Assembly: GCF_035594765.1 (NCBI RefSeq)
Contig: NC_085843.1
Coordinates: 135,819,971 to 135,883,970, forward strand
DNA: 64,000 nt
DNA from: Anolis carolinensis
Lineage: Eukaryota
Reading direction: 5' to 3'
Below, one piece after another: positions 37,195 to 48,274 of this stretch; the stretch's first letter is position 1, and each line of letters opens with the position of its first letter. The position numbers and the translations under genes were made by a program. The notes under the pieces were generated by a model, which was not told where the DNA came from, did no database searches, and was given only the letters and a program-made list of their open reading frames with translations.

Positions 37195-38280
37195 ACAGGC
37201 ACAAAACAATGGATTTGATATTGAAATGAGTACATGGAAATACATGTGGAAAGAGGGATAAATTCACTTGCAGTTATGAAGAATTTTTATAACACTATGT
37301 AACACAATTTTTGTTCCTGGGTTATAAACACCATTTTCTAAATGATTTTATCATAAAAACATAGAAAAACTTTATAAAACTTCAAAAACTTTGTTTTGCT
37401 ATAGTTCTTCAGTGAATATCTCCTTGAGTCCCAATTCAATATAGTTTGTGGTATCCTCAAAAAGGAGGTTTCTTTGAGTATAACAACTGCTTTCAAAGTA
37501 AATACTGCACAATTAAAAAGAAAGAACAACTTCGAACCAGGAACAGAAATTGTTGTTACAGTGTAATGTATTGTTGGTATATGACACCAGAACAACTAGC
37601 TAAAATCCAAACTAAGAGAAAGAATATTTGTTGGAAATGTAATGCAGCAGTTGGTTCGCTTTACCATATGTGGTGGCTATGCTCACAAATTAAAAAATAT
37701 TGGACAAAAATACACAAAATAATGGAAAATATATTAAACATCAAAATAATTTTAGATCTCTAAACCTTTCTATTAGGTCTCATTCATAAAATTTCAAAAC
37801 AATATGAAAGAATTTTCCTATAGATGGTATCAGCAGCCAAGATACTATTTGCTAAATATTGGCAACAACAGACAACAGTTGAAGAATGGAAAATGAAGCT
37901 CACGCAACTCTTTAAAATGGACAAGCTGTCCAGATGGCTATAGAATCAGGATGAAAATAATTTTGAAAAAGATTGGCAACTGTTAATCGTCTACTTGGAA
38001 AATCTAAAAAATATCAATGGCTAGCTTCCTAAATTGAATAAAGTACATTGAACTGACAAAGGATTCAAGTTGAACAATTGAAGGAAAGTATCTTCCAACA
38101 TTATTGAGAATTGCCTCTACCCATGAGCATCAAGTTTCCTATCTTCTTTTTTATTCCTAATTTTTTGCAAATAGAACAATATACTGAAAATAAATAAAAT
38201 ATTGTGTGTGTGTGTGTTCTGTATTCACTCTTGTACCTTTCCTCATCCCTCATATCTTTGCAATAAAAATTATAAAGAAA
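37195..38280 (+). mobile_element. L1 3' fragment
   Basis: WYMTPEQLAK...CWKC...SLYHMWWLC..IKKYW (ORF2 C-terminal domain) and AATAAA-rich end. Interrupted by a MITE. Confidence 0.8.
37293..37563. mobile_element. Chapaev3-like MITE inserted in L1
   Basis: TIRs cactatgtaacacaatttttgttcctgg / ccaggaacagaaattgttgttacagtg, CAC...GTG ends, TAA on both sides. Confidence 0.72.
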
Positions 38281-39359
38281 GAGTCATGTGATGCTCCAGG
38301 TGGGCTACTTCCTATTCAGAAGTGGCCACTAGGGCAGGCCGGAGAAAGGTAATGGCACTTACTCTCTCCTGTCATTCTGGCCTTAGCAGTGATCGCTAAG
38401 CATGACACTGGAGATGGTCATCACTCAGCACCTATGCTGACACTGGCCAGAGTAGCAAAGTGATGTGAATCACTCCTTCCTTTCCCCCTCCTTTTCTCCT
38501 ATTGCTTGGTCACTCTAACATAGTGACACTATACTAGTAAGGGTGTGCACAGCTAAAAAAAACCCCTGCTTTGTTTGTTTTTACAAAATTCCTGTCACCC
38601 TTGCTTTGATTCTAAAATGTTTTGAACAATTCCTAATAGGTCTGGGTTGTATCTAATGCAAAATGATGAAAAAAATGTTATTTTTTACATTCATTATTAA
38701 AAACCTACAAAAAGTAAGCTATACCTGGTGGAGGAAGAGGCCCCACTGGGCTTGGGATAGCTCTTCTCCCTCTGCTGCCTGGCCTTATGTGAGCAGTAGG
38801 CTTGATCGATCCACGAAAAATTTGATTCTAAACTCGTTGCAAAAGTAGAGGGGGGCAGCGTTTTGTTTTTGAAGGTATTTCCGAATTTTGCCCCCAAATT
38901 TTTTTGAAATTAACGAAAATTCGTTATCTTCAAAATTAATTCGTTAATGGCGGACGTGCATGCGCAATTCCCAAAAACAGCACAGAGGGAGTGGACTTTA
39001 CAGGACTCTCCCACCCTCATTTTTTGAGTGATCTTCTTCAAACTTGGTACAGTGGTAGAACCCATTTAACACTGATAGCTCACCAAAATTTGGAACGTTT
39101 CCCTTATCCTCTGATTTTTGGCGAATTTTCATAGCTTTTATAATAAACCATTTTTTAATAATTGCAGAAATCTGTTCCTGGTTTGAAAGTCTTATTTCCT
39201 GTTAAATTGGGTTGTCTTTACTGTGAAAGTCATTGTTCTACTTCAGAAACTTTGTTTTTGTGGCTGAAACTTTGTTAAATTGGTGTGTGTGTGATATATA
39301 CTGTGTATATATCTATAGTCCCTGCATATGTGTGTGTGTGTTTGTGTGTGTGTGTGTAT

Positions 39360-39689
39360 AGGTAAAGGTAAAGGTATCCCTTGACGTTAAGTTCAGTCAT
39401 GTCTGACTCTGGGGGTTGGTGCTCATCTCCATTTCTAAGCCCAAGAGCCAGTGTTGTCCATAGACACCTCCAAGGTCATGTGGCCGGCATGACTACATGG
39501 AGTGCCATTACCTTCCCGCCAGAGCGGTACCTATTGATCTACTCACATTGGCATGTTTTCAAGCTGCTAGGTTGGCAGAAGCTGGAGCTAACAGCGGGCA
39601 CTCACTCTGCTCCCGGGATTTGAACCTGGGACCTTTTGGTCTGCAAGTTCAGCAGCTCAGTGCTTTAACATACTTCGCCATCGGGGCTC
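39360..39689 (-). mobile_element. Sauria SINE, full length, inside the hAT element
   Basis: Collinear with 3259-3583. Confidence 0.92.
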
Positions 39690-39804
39690 ATGTATATAAT
39701 ATATATAATATACATACACATACACACAATGTGGAGAATATGTGGAAAGGTATAGATAGATAAGTTGGGAGCCACAGCGAAGGCACCTTCCTGGGAGCAA
39801 GGTC

Positions 39805-39860
<56 letters not shown>

Positions 39861-39979
39861 CCCTTACAATATCCAAGATGGGTACCATTATTGGCAGAGA
39901 AAGCCAAGCTGTAGGAGTTGAAATCCAATCATTTATCCTCCCTATAGAATCAATTTTATATGCATTTTTAGCTAAAGAA

Positions 39980-40250
39980 AAGCTAAAATCAGGACAGTAA
40001 AAGAACAACACCCAGAAAATGGGAATTCCAGACAGGAAACAATCAGGGCCAGCTAATACCTCCCAACAAAGGATTCCCCCAGGTAGGAAGCAGCCAGGCT
40101 TTGAAGCTGCAAGGCTATTCAATGCTAACCAGGTGACCAATTGCAACATTCACACTTGCCTCCCACAGACAAGAGTTCTTTCTCCTACCCTGGACCTTCC
40201 ACAGATATATAAACCCCACTTGCCTAGCTTCGCACAGACGTCAAAACCTC
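39980..40250 (+). mobile_element. Penelope-like terminal-repeat fragment inside the hAT element
   Basis: Reverse complement of the segments at ~800-985 and ~13815-13980. The Penelope assignment is from recognition of the Anolis repeat, not from a search. Confidence 0.6.
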
Positions 40251-41581
40251 ACCGCCGGGCCCCTCTCTGTCTCTCTCGGTCTCTCCATTCCCGGCTCCAT
40301 CCGCCGCCTTCCCGCCTCACAGAGAGACACCAGGCCTGAGCTGAGGCGAGGCGGCGGCGGCGGCCATTTCCCCCCTCCGTCTTCCTCCTCCTCCTCGGCC
40401 TCCTTCCCCCTCGCCCCCTCCCATTGGCTGAGCCCGTGACGCCCCTTTTGCTGAGGGGCAAAAGGAAAGGGCCTGAATGGTGGGAGTTTGGGTGATTTGC
40501 AAAAGCTTTTTTTTCCTAACGAAAAAAATGACGAAATAAGAAAAAACGGCCTCTTGCGATTCGAAACCGCGATATCCAGACGTGTGGACAATCAAGGCCG
40601 TATATTGCTTCAAAACAAACGAAAATAACGAATTAATAACGGGTAACGGGGAAATCGAATTATTTGAGCAAGCCTAGTGAGCAGGTTCTACCATGCCCTG
40701 GGCCTGGGAAGAGCTGCAGGCCTAAAGGGGAAGGAGGCCTTTGGCGTGAGAGTTTCAGATCCTATGCTTGGCAGAAGAGGAGGCTCTCTTTGTCTCCCCC
40801 TCCCTCTCCATAGGCCTCCCCTTCATGGCAAGCCATGTGCCTGGGAGGCACTACTGAAGGCCACAAGCCCTCCCCCATTAGGGAGAGAGAGAGAGAGAGA
40901 GATGGCAGGTGAGGGTTTGCTTGCAGCCCTTGCCAGGGCCTACTCCTCCGACAAGTAAGTTGTTCTCCACAAGGGGGAGGTGAACAGAGAGCGGGAGGAG
41001 GGAGAACTGCACTGCCACCACCACGAGGGTACAAGGAAGGTGGCAGAGAGAATGTGAACACACAAAAATTCTTTATGGAAACTCAGATGTTCTGATTCAT
41101 TTGTGTTTGATGGGGTGGCTTTGTGGGGTTGTAAATCGGGTCATATGTACAGATTTAATGAAACACTTATGATTTATAGCCCTCTTATGATTTTTACAAG
41201 TCCTACTAGCATAGTGACCTTTTCCTCTCCCCTATTTTATGTGTCACTTTGTTGTTCACTATAAGGCACCACCATCAATTTGTTGTGGAGTGGTTGCTGC
41301 TAAGACCAGAACAACAGGGGGGAAATAAGTGTTGTTTCCTGAAACCGAGCAGCCAGAACCCAGATAAACAAAGTATGGCTGTGTGGACAGCTGTAACCAG
41401 TTCTAAATGGGAAGCATGCTGTAACTTTTTTTAAATATAGGACAAGCCATTTTTAAGGTAAATAGATCCTGTACATTTGGCTTGTTTAGATGGGCCCTCT
41501 GTCATCAAGTAGAGATGCAAGATTTTTCTCAAAACAATCAGCAAAAGTTTCCCATCCTGTTTCATTGCCTGACCATCAGCA

Positions 41582-41873
41582 GTCTCTTGTTTCCTATGGG
41601 CTTGATGCAAAACAGTAGGATTTCATGGAAAGAAATTGTTTTAACCTGGATCACTGTCTCTTGTACCCAATGGAGTTTGTTGCAGAACCATAGGATACCA
41701 TGGAAAGAAATGATTTTAACCTGGATCACTGTCTCTTGTATCCTATGGGATTTGATGGAGAACCATAGTATCCCATGGAAAGAAATGGTTTTAACTTGGA
41801 TCACTGTCTCTTGTTTCCTATGGGGTTTGGGGCAGAACAATAGAATTCCATGGAAGAAGTGGTTTTAAACTGG
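41582..41873. repeat. 75-bp minisatellite, ~4 copies
   Basis: Unit catggaaagaaat..ttttaacctggatcactgtctcttgt..cc.atgg.....g..gcagaac.atag; this explains the 25-aa periodic ORFs on both strands. Confidence 0.92.
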
Positions 41874-42314
41874 TGCCGGTCTCCTTTAATATAAGGGATT
41901 TTGGGCAGAGCAAGGGATCTCTTGGTTTTTGGGTATTGTTGTTCTCCTGATTAAAAACAAAAAAGTAATACTAACCTTGTGATAAATGCAAGATGAATGT
42001 ATTGCCTGCTCTTAACTTTCCACGTGTAAGTGTGATGAGGAGGTAGAACTTCAAATGCGGCTGCTGACAATATAAGAGGGGCAATTCTCTACTCTTAAAG
42101 GGACAGTCACCCATGCTTTCTCAATGTGATACAGTGGTATGTTAAGAAATATATAGAACTTGGGAGAAATGATAATTAGTCTCAGCTGATGTATCTTAAC
42201 ATGAGTGCTGAAGATCAGCATAATGTACTGGTTTTAGGTATGTGAATTAAATGACACTAAATTATAATGATTGCAGAAAAGACAGGTATGGATGATAATA
42301 GTCATGGAGAAAAA

Positions 42315-42455
42315 CATGAAGAAAGGTTGAAGGATTTGGGCATGTTCAGTTTGGTGAATTAAAGATAGAAGCGTGTTATGTTTGCACTCTTTTAAATACC
42401 TCATGGGATTGTCACAGAGAAGAGAAAGAAGACCTGTTTTCCACTGCCCCTGAGA
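42315..42455 (+). mobile_element. CR1 LINE 3' fragment
   Basis: EERLKDLGMFSL...FKYL..C..EE..DLFS, typical of the CR1 ORF2 end. Confidence 0.7.
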
Positions 42456-45400
42456 AACAGGAAGAGAAAGGCTAGTTCCTGAGATCTGAGAAATCTACTA
42501 ATGAATGTGGTTGTGGTTCTAACATACCCATGGTATTTACCCTGTGTCTCATATAAATAAGAATTGGTTATATGAAGTATAAGGACATCTGTTACTTTTT
42601 ACAGCAGAAAAGATAGTAATTGATAAATACATTACTCCCATTTTCCCCATATACTCATTGTTTAATGCTCAATGAGGCAATTAATATTTTGATATAAAGA
42701 AAGCCTGGAGATATTTTTCATTTCTTTAAACAAACATGACTATATAGCATCTCCAAACACAACATGTTTGGAGACAATAAGAGGATTTCACGATGTAGAA
42801 AGTTTTTTATTGGCTTTTCTGCAACTAATTCAGTATTTATCAGACTTCAGAACATGATATGTAAATAACATGGATAGCTGAAAGCTTTGATTAATATTGT
42901 CAACTTCTGCTTCGTAGTGCCACCCAGAATGTATATTGTATTAGCTGTTAGGAAACACCATATATCTCATTAAATTCTATTCCAGCACTGAGAGCTTGAC
43001 AGTTTCTATACCTGAGGTGACTGTAATGAATACACAAAAACATACATACCGAGAGGACATAGCCAATCATAGAAATAGAAATTGGAACCCTAAGGGAATG
43101 GATACATATTCAAAGATGAAGTTGTACCCGCTGTCTTTTATTCCTTACTCAGAGGACCTTGAAATGAAAAACTGCAACTATCATTATGGATGTCCAGCAG
43201 CAAATTAAAGAAGCTGTTTAGACATACAGAGAGACAAAGAGAGAGATTGAGAGGGAGAGAGAAAGAAATATTAAACCATGCACTAACTTATCAGCAAATG
43301 TATCACTTTTCTAAATAATTGCTCTGTGGTGAGACGAGTGATGTGAAAATCTCTATTGATTTTTTTGTGCTTCTCTGAATCCCACCTGCATTTCCTTCCC
43401 ACCTTTGTTTTGTAATGGATTGTGAGACTGTTTCCTTTCATGTACAGAAATTCATACAATTTTAATATATATATTCCCAATGTCTGCATTCATTTATGTA
43501 ATCATCTACTTTATGTAACTTTGCTGCACTGGCAGTAGTGTGTTTCTGTGTAAGTTAAATTATGCACATTTTAGCCATTCAGATTTTGAAACATGTGCTT
43601 TGTATTTTATGCTATTTATTATTTACAGAAACACAATGAAAACCTCACAGATGACTTAATGTTCACCACACGATGTGCATTTTCTTGCAACAAGTATCTG
43701 GAGATAGAAAACCTTCATTTTCATCAAGACTGTTGGGTCCAAACTTCTTTCATTCCTAGCTGAAACAGCTATTGTTGGATTATTAGAATTAAGCTTCAAT
43801 TTAATTTCCTTTACATCAGTTTTTTTAAAAAAGGAACCAAGCCCCTGCAAAACAGTGCCTCTATGTACCATCCAAAGGAGGCAGTTCAGAACAATATATG
43901 GTATTGAAAAGCTGCCAAGAGGTCCAATAAAATCACCAGGGACCCTCTCCGTTTGTCTAGTTGCCAGCATAGATTATCCACCAAAATGCTCAAAGTGATT
44001 TTCATCCCCCACCAACAAATCCCAAAAGCAAGATTGAACTAGATAATTGGTCTCGTCCATGGAGTGGGTGTGACCTAAGTTTAATTAAACTGCTTATATA
44101 ACAAAGCAAAACAAAAAGAGCACAAGTAGTAAATGTTTGCTGTTATCTATTTGCAGAAATTCACAGTCCGTCAAACACCTTAGAACTGATTACATATTCA
44201 TTGAGATGCAATTATGGGTTTAGATTCCTTCCCAGCAGAGTAACTCATTACAAAAGCTTAAGGACTTGTCTTAATTGCTTCTCTTATATTTCAGTTGTTT
44301 AAGTCTGAAAATAATTTTCAATTTTGACCTTTTTGTATTACTGTTAACTATAGCCCTTCGAAGAGAAGCAATTAAGAAAAATGCTTACAAATGGGTTATT
44401 GAGTGTTGTAACTAATGAGGGCCAATAGCTTATAAAAGAGAGTGAAAGAAGGTAACAAGCCATCAATCCACTGGTTGTACTGAAAAGAATATTCTATTCA
44501 AAAAGTAATTCTTGTAATAACTACATATTTTATAGATAGACAGATAGTGTTGTGATACTGTCTCAATCACTGTGGGGATGTACAAAACACATCCATGCCA
44601 AGTTGGCATATTGGATACTGGTGAGAACTGTTGGCCTAGCATAGGTAAAAAATACAAGTACTGAATAACTCACCTGAGATCTGATAGCCTGTTCTCCCTA
44701 ATTTGTTCAGCAGATCCCAGAGGGTGTCAGATTAGAATCTTCTTGGGTACATGACCTCTATATGATCCCTATTACCTATGAGTGATACTGGTCCTCCATC
44801 CCATCTCTAGTCAGGCCGTAACCTCTATGCCTAACCTCCAATATGCCTTAAGAGGACCATCAGCAGAGGATCAAAGAGGAGTATTGTATGACCCCCCCCC
44901 CAATACTTGTAGAACCAACATCCATATTTCCACTGCATCCAACAAAATATGTCATGTCTAGAAATTTTCAAGAGTCTCCAAGCAATTCTGTCATATGTTT
45001 CTGCCTGAAGATACCACAGGTTCACATTAGAAGGCCTAGAAAATTCCTAGAAATGATATATCAATGTTCAAGGTCCTCCAGAGCAACTCTATGGTAATGT
45101 TAATAGGAAGTCATTCATTTTAATAGGATATACTTTCTTCCACAGTTTCCTGTTTTCACAGAAATTTTAGCAACACATTCTGTATTTCACCATCCCCACA
45201 AAACTGAATCTTGTCCCATGATGGCAAACCGCCATCAGGTATAGACACCTCACCCTCTACTATATGTCTCCTGCCATATAACTAAGATGTTGCCATTGAC
45301 AAATTCCATAATAATCCACATATAACCACATGTCCTGCCTCCAATCTCACAAGTGAACTTTGCCTAAGCCATATAGGGCCTTCAAATATTGGGATATGTC

Positions 45401-47165
45401 TAGGTGATCTATCAGCCCCCACCCCACTGCTCTTGGTTACAAATTCTCCCATGGCCTTGTTAATCTTGCATCTAACTTTGTCCATCTTTGCTGGGTTACA
45501 CACTCTAGCTATGATATTCCAAATGTTGGAATCACAGAACCATAGGTTTTTGGGGAAAGACCATGCCAGGGGTAGGTTTTGAAACCCAAGTGTAGCCATG
45601 GAGAATAAATGACTACATCTTGTTAAGAACGTCAGGCCAATTTTATCATTAAATGGTGATTACAAATTATTTGCAGAAATATTAGCAAATTGATTAAAAT
45701 TAATCCTAAGATTTTACATGAAGATCAAACAGGCTTCCTTCCAAGCAGGCAGTTAAACCACAACATAAGAACAGTTTTAAACAGACCCTAACAGAAAAGT
45801 TGTGCTTTTATTTATAGAAGCAGAGAGAGGTTTTGATAACATTTATTGGTAAGTGATACAAAAAGTATAGTTTTGCTGTGGGGTGACAATAAATCAATTG
45901 TCAAATTAGGAACAAGACAAGGTTGTTTGTCACCTATACTATTTATATGGATATTAGAAGTATAAATATTAGGATTAGGGAAGACAGTTGTATTAAAGGG
46001 ATGAAAATAAAATAAAAGAATTTAAAGTTAAGGTATATGCTGATGATATGGTGTGCACTATAGAAGACCCAATAAGGAGTATTCAGACTCTGATGGAAAC
46101 TATCAATGGGTATAGAAATGTGGCAGGATTTAATATAAACAAAGAAATCCATGTTATTAACCAACATTTTATCAAAAAACAATATTGACAAATTTGAGAA
46201 TTTATCAGTTTGTAAGGTAGCAATGAAAGTAAAATATCTAGGATTATGGATAACCAATAAAAATAACTTATATCAAAACAATTACAAAAATGGATGGATG
46301 ACATTAAAGAAGATTTGGAAAGATGGCGAATAATTCAACTAACTTGGATGGGGAGGATAGCTGTGATAAAAATGATAGTCTTACCTAAAAAATTATTCCA
46401 AAATCTACCAATAATTAAGGGAGAGAAGATTTTTGAACAATGGAGGAAGGATTTGATCAAATTTATTTGAAATGGAAAAAATCTAGAATTGCATATAGAA
46501 ACCTAATAGGTGCCAAAGATAGAGAGGGTTTAGTGCTGCCAGACCTTAAGTATTATTATGAGACTTCAGGCTGCAGCTTATTAAAGGAGTGGGTTAGATT
46601 AGAAAATTGAGCTTTACCCAATTGGAAGGATGCAATTTAAGATTTGGATGGCATGCAGGCTATGGTATGAAAAAAGATGACTAGTACTTTATTAAACTTA
46701 TGTGTTCATGTATCTTGCTGTATTGTGTGTGTTGTTGCACTATTGAGTGCTTTTTGTGAGCTGCCCTGAGTCCCTTCGAGGAGATGGTGATGGGATACAA
46801 ATAAATCTTTATTATAAAATTAATAAAGACTTCTATAGACATCCCATAAGAGCTAGCCTTTTAGCAATCTGGAAGAGATACAAGGCAAGGATGGAACAAC
46901 AAAACCCCTTTATGGCTGCGTCCTTTTGAAGCAGCATTAAATCTAGCATTTAAATGAAGAAACAAGAACTTACAGGGAGTATCTAATAAAAGAAAAAAGC
47001 ATTGGAACTTAAAAGGGAGATAAGTGTTAGGGATAAACAACTGGTTTCATTATTATCAATTATATGATAGATTTAAGAAAGATAAGCCTCTTAGGCTTAT
47101 TTTGTGAAAGAACTAGTAAAGAAGATGCAAAAATGTGTCAATACAGCTTTGTTGCTTCGAGAATA

Positions 47166-47483
47166 GGTAAAGGTAAAAGCTTTTCCCCTGACATTAAGTT
47201 TTGTCGAGTCCGAATCTGGAAATTGGTACTCATTTCCATTTCTTAGCCAAAGAGCTGGTGTTGTCTGTAGACACCTCCAAGGTCATGTGGCCAGCATGAC
47301 TGCATGGAGCCCCCTGGTTGTGCAGCAGGTTAAACCACTGAGCTGCTGAACTTGCTGACCAAAAGGTCGGCAGTTTGAATCCGGGGAGCTCCCACTTTTA
47401 GTCCCAGCTTCTGCCAACCTAATAGTTCAAAAACATGCAAATGTGAGTAGATCAATATGTACCGCTCTGGCGGGAAGGTAACA
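47166..47483 (-). mobile_element. Sauria SINE with inverted 5' half
   Basis: 3' half on the minus strand (47166-47310), 5' half on the plus strand (47306-47483). TSD gcttcgagaata / gctgtgagaata. Confidence 0.88.
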
Positions 47484-47844
47484 GCTGTGAGAATAACAAT
47501 AGCAAAATCTTGGAAAGGGGAAAAAGAGTTCTTTCCAAAGGACTGGAGAGAAAAATTATTAGAGTATATCCAAATGGCATTCAGGGAGGATGTAATGAAG
47601 ATTTTGCTAGGAAATTGAGGCTTGCATTTGGATATTTAGAAAGGAAGACAAAAGTAGAGTTTTAAAGCAGCAGTAATGGGAATTTATTAATACTCAGAGA
47701 GGGGTAGGTCTTTTGAGATATTAGTTTAACACTGAGTTGTGTCAGAAGTCATGCGTGGTAGTTCATGAGTGGGGGGGAGGTTGGGTGGAATGGCATATCT
47801 GTATATTTATTTTTTGTTTTCTTTTACATTCTGTATGTCATTTA

Positions 47845-48274
47845 TGTTGCGCTTCAAGCGGAATTCAGTCTAGTCCAACAAAGACACAATAACTTTGCAC
47901 AGTTGCAAAAGGAAAAAAAACAGTAAAACTTTACTCTTTACAGCAGAGTCCAAACATAAACTTGCAGTGTTGTATCAAAACATAAATCTTACAGTATAAC
48001 AAACTTACATAGTCCTTGTAAGCATTCCAAAATGCAAGAAGCATTGCAATACAAAGAGCATGGCTTCTTCAGCCTCTTCTTCCAAGAGAGATCCAAAAAG
48101 CAAAAGCTAAACCAAAAGCAGGAGCCGAAACTAATACACACACACACAGCCACACCCCACCGGGTGTGGTCCAAACTTTATTGCTTAACTGCTGACCTAG
48201 ATTAGCTCCTGCATGTTATGATCAGCAGTGTAGTTTTTTCTTTAACACACACAGAGCTTCATTATACCCTAACA
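47845..48274 (-). mobile_element. Solo LTR inserted in the L1 3' UTR
   Basis: TGTT...AACA ends and a perfect 5-bp TSD attta (47840-47844, 48275-48279). Strand is tentative. Confidence 0.8.

Larger units (their letters stand above)
38797..40676 (+). mobile_element. Composite non-autonomous hAT element
   Basis: TIRs taggcttg / caagccta. Perfect 8-bp TSD gtgagcag (38789-38796, 40677-40684). CpG-rich subterminal regions. Orientation is arbitrary. Confidence 0.9.

Noticed and set aside
40230-40260. Hammerhead ribozyme expected in a Penelope-type repeat
   Set aside because: The fragment ends at aaaacctc before any CUGANGA...GAAA core.
38538-41070. Possible older hAT (aagggtgtgcac...) enclosing the 38797-40676 element
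   Set aside because: No convincing right TIR or TSD found.
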